Shown here one piece after another: positions 51,861-64,000 of a DNA stretch of 64,000 nucleotides. The number at the start of each line of letters is the position of its first letter. Positions within the stretch are counted from its first letter, which is position 1. The stretch comes from Mytilus trossulus (taxonomy: Eukaryota). Both the position numbers and the translations under genes were made by a program. The stretch covers positions 13,392,001-13,456,000 of the forward strand of contig NC_086377.1 in the NCBI RefSeq assembly GCF_036588685.1. The letters are read 5' to 3'. The notes below the pieces were generated by a model that ran no database searches, was not told the origin of the DNA, and saw nothing but the letters and a program-made list of their open reading frames with translations.

Positions 51861-53162
51861 ACTAGAGGCTCCAAAGAGCCTGTGTCGCTCACCTTGGTCT
51901 ATGTGAATATTAAACAAAGGACGCATTTGAATTCATGACAAAATTGTGTTTTGGTGATTGTGATGTGTTTGTATATCTTACTTTACTGAACATTATTGCT
52001 GCTTACAATTATTCTATCTATATTGAACTTGGCCTAAGAGCTTCAGTGGAAAATGTTAGTTAAAATTTACAAATTTTATGAAAATTGTTAAAAATTGACT
52101 ATAAAGGGCAATAACTCCTTATGGGGTCAATTGACCATTTAGGTCATGTTGACTTATTTTTAGGTGTTACTTTGCTGTACATTGTTTCCCTTTACAGTTC
52201 ATCTCTATCTATAATAATATTCAAGATAATAACAAAAAACGGCAAAATTTCCTTAAAATGACTTATTCAGGGGCAGCAACCTAACAGCAGTTTGTCCAAT
52301 CCATCTGAAAATTTCATGGCAAATAGATCTTGACCTGATTAACAATTTTACTCCCTGTTAGATTTGCTCTAAATGCTTTGGTTTTTGAGTTATAAGCAAA
52401 AAACTGCATTTTACCCCTATGTTCTATTTTTAGCCATGGCGGCCATCTTTGTTGGTTGGCCGGGTCACGCCACACAATTTTTAAACTAGATACCCCAATG
52501 ATGATTGCCACCAAGATTGTTTAAATTTGGCCTGGTAGTTTCAGAGGAGAAGATTTTTGTAAAAGATTACCAAGATTTACGAAAAATGGTTAAAAATTGA
52601 CTATAAAGGACAATAACTCCTAAAGTGGTCAACTGATCATTTTGGTTATGTTGACTTATTTGTAGATTTTACTTTGCTGAACATTATTGCTGTTTACAGT
52701 TTATCTCTATCTATAATAATATTCAAGATAATAACAAAAAACAGCAAAATTTCCCTAAAATTACCAATTCAGGGGCAGCAACCCAACAACAGGTTGTCCG
52801 ATTCATCTGAAAATTTCAGGGCAGTTAGATCTTGACCTGATGAACATTTTTACCCCATGTCAGATTTGCTCTAAATGCTTTGGTTTTTGAGTTATAAGCC
52901 AAAAACTGCATTTTACCCCTATGTTCTATTTTTAGCCGTGGCGGCCATCTTGGTTGGTTGGCGGGGTCACCGGACACAATTTTTAAACTAGATACCCCAA
53001 TGATGATTATGGCCAAGTTTGGATTAATTTGGCCCAGCAGTTTCAGAGGAGAAGATTTTTGTAAAAGTTAACGACGACGGACGACGACGGACGACGACGG
53101 ACGCCGGACGCCAAGTGATGAGAAAAGCTCACTTGGCCCTTTGGGCCAGGTGAGCTAAAAAA
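51861..53162 (-). mobile_element. Helentron-associated non-autonomous element (HINE/pearl-like) with ~500-bp internal tandem repeats
   Basis: TTTTTAGCTCACCTGGCCC-AAA-GGGCCAAGTGAGCT subterminal palindrome; (GTC/GTCC)n microsatellite; units starting ~52092 and ~52594. Confidence 0.8.
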
Positions 53163-53500
53163 TATGTTGAGGATTTGGCCCCATCAATCAGGATTTTAGA
53201 CATTTAATACATAACAATGTCAATTGCAATCTGCTCTATTTGTTCCAATGTATAATGAGTATAAAATTTTATACCTAGGGTGGGAATTAAATGTCTTAAA
53301 TCCATGCATGTTTATTTACTCTATTGTTCTTTGTGTACATAAAATGTACATGTATATGAAATATATCAAATGCAAAAAAAAATGCTGTAATGTAAATATG
53401 GTAATTTGTAAACATCATATTACACCCTCACTATTTAAAGACCTAGTAAAGGAAGTCCCTGCACCTCGCTAGACCTGTTTCTAAGACAAGATGTTTTATA

Positions 53501-55032
53501 TCTATACTATTAAACGAGAAGACCTCATTTTTGGTGTCGCTTCTCTTCTTTCCACAATAAATTAATTATCATGCCTCTGTGTCCTATGGGTAAAGTGCAT
53601 AATCGCATTTGTCATCCATTCATATGATTATTCAGATTGAGTTATTTGGGTGAAAAACGAGAAAAAAGACGTCCAGATATGTTTCCGTGATTGGGCGAAA
53701 TTTTAAGTCAGATTAGACTTCCGGTTTGCGTTTTTCTGTATACTTTGAACATACATTAATACTACGAATACAGTGTATTTTCTGTCTAATATCCGTCATT
53801 GGACGAAATTTAAGTCAGATTAGACCTCCGGTTTGCGTTTTTCTCTTTTACATTGAAACAAATACATATACTACGAATAAAGTGCATTTTCTGTCTGATA
53901 TCATGGCATTTTCAAGTTTACTATCCACGGCAGTCACAGGGTTTATTTAATAGAGAGGGTCTGAATAATATATCAATGACCGCTGTGGATCAATTATTAA
54001 ACTGAGAATTGACTTTAAAAAAAAAACACTTTCGGGACGTCTGGAACGGGTGTGTTTAAGATCGAAATTTCAGGATTGACCCCTTCGGGATTCGGGATTT
54101 TTTTTTCGAATTTCGGGATGTCGAGATATTTAATTTGTATAATAAATTCAGAACCTCGGGATTTTATGTTTTTAAGCCCGGGTTATTGGGATAAGGGCCC
54201 CTCCACAGGGGCCCGTTGACTGCATAAGAGTGGCCCGCCCCGGTCATGCTTCAGTGATTCCCTATATAAGCAACCAATTATTTTCCAGAAAAGGGGGGGC
54301 GACCCCCTAAATCCGCCTCTGCCTTCCTTTAATGAATGTTCATAATATACAGATAAGCGCTAAAATTGTTCATGTGTCATTAAAATTAATAGAGAACAAA
54401 CAAACAAAAAACGGATTTTTTTGTGGAAAAAGGAGGAGCAGGGCTAGAAAAACAATTATCCTGTCCCAAATTACCAATGACTTTTAATACCTTTTCTAAA
54501 ATTCTCAAGTAACTAAATGTTTTACAAAAAAAGTAGATGTGGTACTGAATGCCAATGAGATAGCTCTCCACAAGAGACCAACATGACACCGAAATTAACA
54601 TTTAAAGGTCACCTTACGGCCTTCAACAATAATCAAAAGCCGATACTGCATAGTCTGATATAAAAGGCCCCGAAATGACAATGTAAAACAATTCAAATGA
54701 GAAAACTAACAGCCGTATTTATGAACAAAAAATGAACGAAAAACAAATATCACTGAACCACTGAATTACAGGCTCCTGACTGGAATGTTCTTAATACATG
54801 TACACTGAATGTATGTTCATATTGAAATTAATAGAAAACAAAAATAATGGGAATTTTGGAAATAAAGGAGGGGGGATAAAAAAAACATTTTCCTGTCCCC
54901 AAGTACCTATGACTTTTGATACTTTTCCTGAAATTCTCAAGTCATAAAAATCTTTTACAAAATTATTCCTACAACACTTTACATCCTTTCAAATACGCTC
55001 TGAATGCCCGCGATTTCGCGGGTGTGTTCTAG
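53501..55032 (+). mobile_element. Non-autonomous Helitron
   Basis: A|TCTATACTATTAAA 5' end; CCCGCG-ATTT-CGCGGG hairpin then CTAG|T 3' end; no TSD; internal duplications. Confidence 0.85.
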
Positions 55033-56009
55033 TAACTCTTGAAAGTATAACACGATAAAGGTTATTGCTAAGTATATAGTAACATCGACGTGCAATTAAG
55101 GTAAAGCAAACTGTCAAACATAAACAATCTACCACGTGTTTGTCGGCTGTACTTGAATTCAAAACGACCCATCGGGCCTTATTTACATGAATTTTTGCTA
55201 AAGCAGACAGCTAAATATGTCTGTTTACCTTATGAGGTCTGTAAAGAATGGATTTGGTGGTATGACTTGTGTATGCATGGAAATATAATGAAGAAAACAT
55301 TGATTTTTACCGTAACTTTTGAATACACAACATTCCCAAGGTATCCCCACAAAACACATGGCTACTTTGTAACGATGGCTGGTAACGTATAGCCACTTTC
55401 TAACGGCAAATCTAATTGGATGATCTCCAAAGATCAATAATAAAATTGCTAATAAATGATTGGATATGAAATTGTGTCAGATTATAAATAGAGGAAAAAA
55501 TGTAAACATTGAAATCCGCCATTTTGACGTAGGAAACAAACTAATTTTCAATCTTCGATTAAAGGACATTGCGCACATTGCCAGCGTATCATGCATAACC
55601 AGTCATCTGCAAATATATCTTTCAATATGTTTTTTACACTTACTTTTATATGTTTTAGTTAATTTAATGTTTTAATTTACTACAGAACGGGACATCATTT
55701 ACAAAGATGCCGTAGACAAAATTATAGGTGGCGCTGTTTGTGGGCGTAAACCTTTTACATACGGGTCCTTTTTTGTCGACAAATTGACCTTTATCTGTCA
55801 GATTCAGGCGTTTGCCTTCCAACTGTTTTGATCAATTAATAGTTCCATTCCTGACACTACTAGTATGTGATGAAAAGGGGGTCACTATTCCTTATCTCTT
55901 TAGTACCTTGGATTTTTTTTACTTAACTCGTTGTAAAAATTGTGCATTCTTTAAAGCAGTAGAACCAAGGAAAAATTTACCAAAATTGATCTTGATATTG
56001 AAAGTTTAT

Positions 56010-56440
56010 TGATTGATTGATTGATTGTTGGTTGCTTAACGTCCAGTGGCAAATATTTCATGCATATTCAGGACGAGAACAAGTTCACAATGAATACAAT
56101 AGGTAGGTTGATATAATAGAGGCCATCTGGGATGATGGTCGGAGAAATTTTGACTGCCACCGGAAAAGGAGGGTTTATTGGATAGGGACAGAAATTTTGC
56201 CTTACAACAGGCCACCTACGGACCCCTCAAAGAGTTGTTGCAAGGGTTCTTAACGTGCAAAGAGCGTGGCATTCTCTTTACACGAGGCATCGGATTTAAC
56301 GTCCCCATCTGACCGGACGTGACTGCGAACTTAATACATCCCGCACAGCCAAACGGACGCCCCACTTCGGCAAGCGTTTTACTGCCGGTCGGGAGAAGAC
56401 CAAGTGACCATATTTCTATACCCCAGTCACCCTTGGGGAT
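56010..56440 (-). mobile_element. SINE with Nin/Deu-like core and LINE-like (AATC)n tail
   Basis: 12-bp TSD TTGAAAGTTTAT (55998-56009, 56441-56452); core GGACGTTAAA...GCACGTTAAGAACCC; tail shared with the I-group LINE. Confidence 0.9.
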
Positions 56441-57697
56441 TTGAAAGTTTATGTTACTGCAGTAAAATGTAAATGTTCAAGTATTTTCTGTCAAAGTTAT
56501 ACATTACAGTCAGTTTTAATTGAACTGTGAAATTTGTAACATAAGTAACATTATGCTTAGATAAGAGGTTTTTAGCTACAAATTGACTAATGATTAAGAA
56601 TAAAGCAAAACAAAAGATATTTGAGCAACTTGGTTTGGCTCAATATGTGTAAGACCACCAATTACTTCCTCCAATTTAGAACGTATGTAAAAGTAACCCT
56701 ACTCTGACACAAAATAGTGCTTTTGATGTCATTGTTTACTTAAACTAACAAACAAATTTGCAGAAATGTTTCTTTTGGTGAAAGAAAAATATATTTAGCC
56801 CATTTTGAGCTTACATCCACTTGTCTATGATTTTGCATTAAACATACAGGGTAAGTGCGCTATATAGCATACTAGTTTAAGATTTCCAGAAAACCGGGAG
56901 TTAATTTGGTAGTACCTGTGTATTCAAGATCACATCGCCCATCTCAATCAAAACAGAGCAACATCAACGATACGACGACATTTGTAATAAGTGGTTACAG
57001 TACCATTAGAGCGAAGACATCAATGGACATCATGAAAACTTCATAAGCAAAAAGACCTTTCGTTGTTTATACCCCCTTCACATACACGAATGTGTCTTAC
57101 GATTCCTTACGAATGTTGTTTGTTTTATCAAATGCAAGCATTCGCAAGCAATCGTAAACCACTCGCAAGCAATCGTAAATCACTCGCAAGCAATCGTAAA
57201 CCACTCTTAAACAAATCGTAGACATTCGCAGACAATTGTATCGATTCGTAAAACTATTTGGAAATTTTTGGACATGCCAAAAATTTTACACGAATGTCCA
57301 CGAATCATTTCATTCGTAAAGAGCTCGCAAATCACTCGCAACAATTCGTTAATGCATCGTTAACCGATCGCAACAACTCGTAAATCATTCGCAAGAAATC
57401 GTGAACAGTTTGATTTAAGGATGTTTAATGATTCATTTACGAATAGTTGCGAGCAGTTTACGATCGCTTTGCGATGGATTAACGAATTGATACGAATTCA
57501 CGCGAGTGCTTTACGAATATATCCGATTGCTTTACGAATGTATACGAATACTTTGCGACTGCTTTGCGAATGTTTTACAAATAGGAATATTTAACAAATG
57601 ATTTGACGATAAAATTGGGGTTTTGTTTTTATTCTAATAGTTCGTTTCAGTTGTTATAACATCGTGGAAGAAGGAAGTCGCATTTTACTATTGAATC

Positions 57698-59515
57698 ATG
57701 GCTCCAAAGACAAATCCTGCTTCACCTAGATCCCCTACACCACCACCACCATCGCCCGAAACACCAAACCCCGCCGAATTACCACCACCAGAGGCAAACC
57801 CACCAACCGTTGGTATCGAATATCCTGAGCAGCAACTTTCAGATACTGACAATGTTGATACAGCCGGCTCAAACTTTGCCTCAGATGAGGACGATTTGAT
57901 AGCCACTGCCACAACCAGTGCAGCAGTAAGTGAGATTTGCTTATTCAATGTCTTTGAAAATCACCTTTATAAAGCACATAAAAAATGTATGAGTTTCATA
58001 GACAGATATTTAGTGAAATTGGCAATTGAGGAACTGCATTTTATTCAAATAAATCATCAAAATACGATACATGCAAAGAAAATCTGCATTATTTAAATCA
58101 GATTAGTTGGACAGAATAGCAATATAATAAGATTAAAGTTAAAATAATTATAACACGGAATCTATATCCAGAGGCCAGTGTATAACTGTTGTTGAACGTA
58201 TTGGCAAAAATGTAATTAAAAAAGATAACAATGTTTATGATACTTTTCAAACAATTGCAATCAGCATATGAACTTCTTGAAAGACCGGTCATTATAAAAA
58301 TATTTATGAGTGTATTTTATAGTAAAGTCGTTGATAGTTATCACGAAAATGGACATTGTGTATTTTCAGACTCGCAAAAAGAATAAACCCAAAACTAAAA
58401 GTGCGAGAATACTGACGATCGAAGAGGAAGACGAAGTAATTGAGTGGTTAAAGTCAAATCGTTTTCTATACGACAAGACAAGTATTGATTTCAAAAATCG
58501 CGATAAAAAAGAGCGAACATGGCATGAAATGGAACAGAGGATGAAGTTGAATCCCGGTGATCTTCAAAGATGGTATACGTCCTTAAGAACCACGTATGTG
58601 AAAGAAGTAAAGAAAAGAGAAAACACCACACGATCTGGAGCCGGTGTCGGAGATGGTTTGCTAACATCTAGAACTAGCTGGTTGTTGGAGAAATTCGAGT
58701 TTGTAAAACCCTTTGTCTGTCAGGCAAGAGGAACCAAGGGGTCACAGATCAAGAAACCTGACCGGTACTCAGACTGCAGTGAGTCATCAGTTCCATCAAT
58801 AACGACCATGGAAAGTACACCACAGTCAGTGACAACATCGTCAACTACAACAAAGATATCTGACTGCCTAGAAAAAGTTTCTCAGCAGTTAGCAGTCCCA
58901 AAGAGTGACATAGAGAAGACCTGCGATTTCCTTAGTACGCTAATGGCAAAGATGACCCCTTCCTGTCTGGAGGATTTTACGAATGAAACTATCTTCAAGG
59001 CAATGGAGTATGTTAAACAGTCTAAACAGGAACAGCGTCAAACACAACAACCGCCAAGGGATGATTTTATACAGCCATCCCAGCTTTCATCTACATTCAC
59101 AGACCCTTCCCAGCAAGTAAATCGCCAAACATTACCTCAATTTACCCAATTACAACCTCAACAGCAAACTGCAGTAGGAAATAACAGGCCTTCAATTAGA
59201 CCGACAACATCATCCATGTCGTTCAGGCATCGTCAGCCGCAACAAATGTCTACTGATCGCGACTATATCATTGCACGCAACTTAGCAGCTTCGAATCCGC
59301 CAGCTGACGTCCTTCAACAATATGGTCGATACCAATGGGCAGAACTGCAACCGACTAACTTGCAACCTATCTTAATGGGTCAACAGCAACAGACAGTATA
59401 CTCAACTCACACTACAAGTCAGACACCAAGTGCTATTGAATCAACTGCGACAGATACAACATCAGTACTGACGGATGCTTATGAGACAATAAACCCAGAA
59501 ACACCTTTCATATAG
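57698..59515 (+). CDS. Harbinger Myb/SANT(MADF)-like DNA-binding protein; exons 57698-57925 and 58370-59515
   Basis: GCA|gtaagt ... ttttcag|ACT phase-0 intron. VIEWLKSNRFLYDK...K...W......LQRWYTSLRTTY trihelix pattern; Gln-rich tail; no stops. Confidence 0.88.
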
Positions 59516-60356
59516 ATCTTCGACGTGAATGACTGTTTATTTTCATTTAGAAAAGATTTAGGAAAATCTTGAATAGAGAATCTTGAATGTATAACTATTT
59601 GTAGATTGTAGAAAATTTGTAGCTTTTTTTGAGAATGAAAAGAAATAGGTTAATCCACATTTGTTTATGTTGTTTATTTTAGGAACCAAAATTTTTAAAC
59701 AAAACCAATAAAAAATGACATCGCTGAAAAGTGTAATATGCAAACGGAATCTTTTGCCATTACTTGGCGCCTGTGCCCTTTTCAATGTACATTTAGTTGT
59801 AAATCAAATTCGAACACACTAAGGAGCAATCAATAATCATAAACCACAAAGAAGACAATGCCATGGCAAATACACAACAGGCAACACAAATAACAACATA
59901 ACAAAAACTAAAAACAAAGCAACATGGACCCCAAACAAAAACAAAATGTGGTGAACTCAAGTACCCTGGAAGGGTTAGCAGCTCCTGCTTCAAGTGTGAC
60001 AACCGTCGTTTAGCTTAAATGTCAAAATCATTCTGAAACTCATTTATTGATGCTTATCAAAGTTTGTGTTTAAACTCAACCTATTCTTTATTGCGCGTGT
60101 TGGGTCGTTGCCTCTTTGACACATTCCCCGTCTTCACTCATATTCTATCCCTTAAATACCATTCCAAGTACTAGTATTGCAACAAATTTGTATTATAAAG
60201 TGTATGTCAAACAAAGTTGGAGTGAATTATTCATTATGATAGAACCTCATTCTGAGATTTTTTATAGTCCTATCTATATCTAAATTTTTATTTTTAAACA
60301 TTACATCAATTAACACAATACTGATGCATTCAAAACAATCAATGTTTCTGAACCAG

Positions 60357-62102
60357 TCAAATCATGTTCTCTTGCCAATCTACGGCGCCTGCTTCCGAGT
60401 TGAAGTAATTTTTAAGATAGTTCCTTTGATCAATTCCAGCAGCGTTACCAAAAGTTCTCTGATACCCTGGGTCTCCGTCGGTAAGTTGCGCACCTTGTCG
60501 CCATTGTCCCTCTATTAAATTATGATTGTTGTCTTCTTCGTCAGCAAACAGTTGTAGATCAGCACGTTTCCTTATCCGAAGTAAGTTATGAAGAGTAGTA
60601 CAAGACAGTACGATTAAATCTACTGTTTCTGGCAGTTGTTGCATAGTTCCAATCAAAATCTGAAATCTCATGGCAAGAATGCCAAAAGCATTCTCCACAA
60701 TTCTACGTGCACGGGACAACCTATAGTTAAAGATGCGCTCATCGTGGTCTAAACGTTTTCTTGAATAGGGTTTCATCATCCATGATCGGAGAGGAAATGC
60801 GTCATCGCCAATAAGAAAATAAGGAATATCTGTTTCACCATTTGGAAGAGGGGAGGGAGGCGGAAGATCCAAAGTTCCATCTTCTAGCATTGGTCGTAGT
60901 TCCGAGTCCCTAAATATCTGGCTATCAGATGCACTTCCGTATGAGCCCACACTCAGCCAAATAAACTTATAATCTGCATCAACTAGAGCCATCATCACTG
61001 TAGAGAAGAAATGTTTGTAGTTAAAAAATAACGACCCCGAGTTAGGCGGTTTTCTTATTCTAATGTGCTTCCCATCCAAAGCACCACAAGCGTGTGGAAG
61101 GTTCCATATTCTTTCAAAGTCAGATGCTATACGCATCCAATCTTCCGTCGTAATCTCATCCGGCATGACTTCATCTTTGTATGCTAAGTAAATTGCTTCG
61201 CAGACTTTAGGCACAAAGAGTGATATGGAGTTCCGGGCAACACGGAAGGCATACATAAGATCAGCATACGTGGAACCGGTAGCCAAATGTCTGAGTGTAA
61301 CGGCTAACTTCAGTCCTGGTTCAAGTGGTTCCCTGTAACGAGAAATATTTATCTAAACTTACAATGCAATTAAAAGAATATTTTTTGTCGCATAAAAGGT
61401 AAACTGGAAATGTGTCATACATTAGAATAACAAAAGACAAGACAGTTTAATATACCCACTTCCATATGAATACGAACGTTATTTGGGGCGTTACTAATAC
61501 GTACTTTGTTCACTTTGTATTAAATTGAATTATTTAGAAGCAAAGAGCTTAAGGAAAATTTTTTAAAAGATTGTTTTGCTGACCTTTTTACTTAGATATG
61601 AATTTCTGAAAAAACAGTTAGTATGGTTTTCTAAACTGACTATATCATGCGGAAAATCCAAGCCTCGTCCTTCGGCACCGTCGGATATTCATATGATATA
61701 GTCAGCATACAAAATAAAACTAACTATTATTCTTAATGTACATTTCTGTTTTATTTTGCTTGAAAATTGAAGTACTTACCTGAAAGAGGTAGAGCTTTTT
61801 CTGATTGCAGGGGTAATTCTGTCAAGTATCTCCCCAAACAAGTCGGCATCAACTCTTAAAAAGTTTCTGTAACCAGTCGCATCTTCCCGGTTAAGCTCAT
61901 GCAGGAGTTGGTCATATTGTCCAAACAAAGTTCTTCTGATGAGCCATGGCCTGCACCAAAATCTACGTTGAGTCCGCCTCCTCCTCCTCCTAAAACAAAG
62001 AGGAAACAGTTGTTGATTTTCTTCCTCTGCCCTCTGTGCCAGTGGAAGAAGAAGTCGAAGGAAGTTATGGAAGAGTAATAATTTATTTCTCTCGTAAGAC
62101 AT
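60357..62102 (-). CDS. Harbinger DDE transposase (HARBI1-like), 432 aa; exons 62102-61780 and 61332-60357
   Basis: AG|gtaagt ... tacag|G phase-2 intron. LAVTLRHLATG, GALDGKH, FFNYK, GSASDS, GDDAFPL and FNYRLSRARRIVENAFGIL motifs are intact. Confidence 0.93.
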
Positions 62103-63480
62103 GTCTTGTTACTCCGAATGTTTACATGGATAATAAATGAGACTGTATGGCCGACTATCTATATGAGTGCATGCATTTCCCATTGCAAAAAAAAATAAAC
62201 ATTCGTAAAACACTCGTAACTCAATCGCAAATGTTCGTGGGCTATCGTAAACTATTCGTTAACCAATCGTAAAAACTTGGATCAGATCGTTACCATTCGT
62301 ATTGTGCTCGCAAAACACTCGTATGCATTCGTTAATTGCTCGTATCTATTCGCAATGAATCGTCTACTGTTATCGTAAAAGCATCGCATTCATTCTTAGT
62401 AAATCGTAACCAATCGTAAAGCACTCGCAAATCACTCGTAAAAGTGGTTTATTCGCAAAAGATTCGTTAAAGTTTAACGAATCTTGTAAATTTTGGTGAT
62501 TCGTTAGCATTCGTAAGAAACATTCGTGTATGTGAAGGGGTATTAAGGAATGAACAACAGCAATTGACAAAAATATCAGACATTAGTATTGATGAAGCAC
62601 ATTTGTTTCCGAGTGGGGATATGGATTAAGGGAAAGGTTTATTTGAAATTATTAAGTTGAGATCACGTTTTCCGAGTTTTGAATGCTTGCTCTCACTAAT
62701 ACAGCCATTAAAAAAATTTAGGAGGATATAATAGATTTCCTAGGTATGAGGTCATTTAAAGTTCAAGGAAATATTGACCGGTCTAAAATAAAACACGGAA
62801 GTGAAAAGGAGACCAGCAGGATGTGGGGAAAAAAGCAATATTGAAGTTTTTGTATTTTGTATCTGATTGGTGAAATTTCTAAAAACGACATTTTCCCTTA
62901 TATCGTCGCCATTTTTTCTTTAGTTCTTTATACACACACTTCATTAAGATAACAGAATAAAATTGTTGAAACTTGTTACCGGTATGTAATCACGTATTTG
63001 ATTAGAGTCAAATACCTAATCAGCATGAAATATACGGAGATGCTTGTTGAATTGATAATAAACTTTCGAAGCTGATTTTTTTTGTGCCGATTACGGAGTT
63101 CTCGAAAGTCCGATATTTGTATCAATTTCATAATTGAAATCTGTTTTGACAAACTATTTGACATCATTAGATACGCTCAACATGAAATATACGGATATGC
63201 TTGTTGAATTGATAATACACTTTCAAAAATGAATTAATCTATTTCTCAAGATCGAAATAAAGATAAATGTCTTAATGGCACTCTTATTCTAATTCAAAAT
63301 TCAATGTAAAGTTTTCCCTATTCTCCTTTTTTTTTTAAAGTAAAGATGGAAATGAGACCCCTGAAATTGTAATTGAGACAGCCAAAACTCCTATACAACA
63401 CAAAAACAAGCAATTGACGCAACTCAAGAATTCCTAACCCTACACTTCCTTCCTTCACACGAACAATAACTCCTAGTGAA

Positions 63481-64000
63481 AAACTCACAGTTGTTATAAA
63501 TAATAATTGGTCGAAACGGTATTCCTGGTTATATCTTGACAGAGACTTTAGCGAGGATAGCACATTAGTTGATGTCATGCTTTGCAAACTTTGTAACACG
63601 CACCAATCACACGGAAGTAATGGTAGTCAGACATGATCTACTGTAGGTTTTTAACTGTTGTGCAAAGATAAGATACCAATCCATCAAGACAGTGCACAAC
63701 ATAAATATGCAATAATTTTAGATATGGCACGCACCGTTGATGAAATGGTTTTTAATATATCTACTGGTGCACTTAAAGCAGTGAAGGTTGCTCTGAAAGT
63801 TCTATATTTTATTCTGCGCCATCACTTCACTTGCCTTTTTCGAATAACAGTTGATCTCTGCATTGATGTTGGAGCAACAGATTTATCTAAACTTCGTTTA
63901 ACTGAAAATGCTACTTATTCAAGCTGGGATACAGTTCATGAGTTGTTGGAAATATTAAGTTCAAAAGTACATCAACTTCTGCTGGATGATATGAAAGCCA
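63481..64000 (+). pseudogene. hAT-type transposase remnant (TTF zinc finger / ZNF862-like), runs off the window
   Basis: NWSKRYSWLY...MLCKLC...T*STVGF*...HQDSAQH...NATYSSWDTVHELLEILS...LLDDMKA, with two in-frame stops. Confidence 0.7.

Larger units (their letters stand above)
57070..62542. mobile_element. PIF/Harbinger DNA transposon, apparently autonomous
   Basis: TIR TACCCC(C)TTCACATACACGAATGT; TTA TSD (57067-57069, 62543-62545); convergent transposase and Myb/SANT-like genes. Confidence 0.93.

Noticed and set aside
52314-53016. Paired similar ORFs MVAIIIGVSSLK...
   Set aside because: They fall in the internal tandem units of a non-autonomous Helentron-like element.
56340-56440. HDV-like fold in the SINE head
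   Set aside because: A P3/L3-like hairpin exists, but no P1 3' strand lies between it and the next helix, so canonical HDV topology fails. Kept only as an unexplained structure.

Overview
AT-rich eukaryotic genomic DNA with spliceosomal introns. The repeat content (Penelope-like remnants, hammerhead retrozyme motif, Nin/Deu-type SINE, Helentron-like element) suggests a bivalve mollusc, probably Mytilus (inference). Host content is a tandem + strand cluster of secreted lectin genes: the last exon of an upstream paralog (1151), a 7-exon gene ending in an EPN/WND C-type lectin domain (gene A, ~3063-20095), and a gene ending in a SUEL/rhamnose-binding lectin domain (gene B, 42642-44590). A and B share homologous N-terminal exons (signal peptide, 12-aa repeats, a Met-rich hydrophobic block, a Cys-Pro-Thr-Gln stalk) but carry unrelated lectin folds joined at the same phase-1 intron. 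The rest is mostly mobile DNA: a full-length but disabled I-group LINE with an HDV-like ribozyme at its exact 5' end, nested in a long-TIR element with a 6-bp TSD; an apparently intact two-gene PIF/Harbinger transposon; a Helitron; a Helentron-like element; SINEs sharing the LINE 3' tail; a type I hammerhead ribozyme; and a 48-bp satellite whose single-copy progenitor survives in a nearby duplicated segment.
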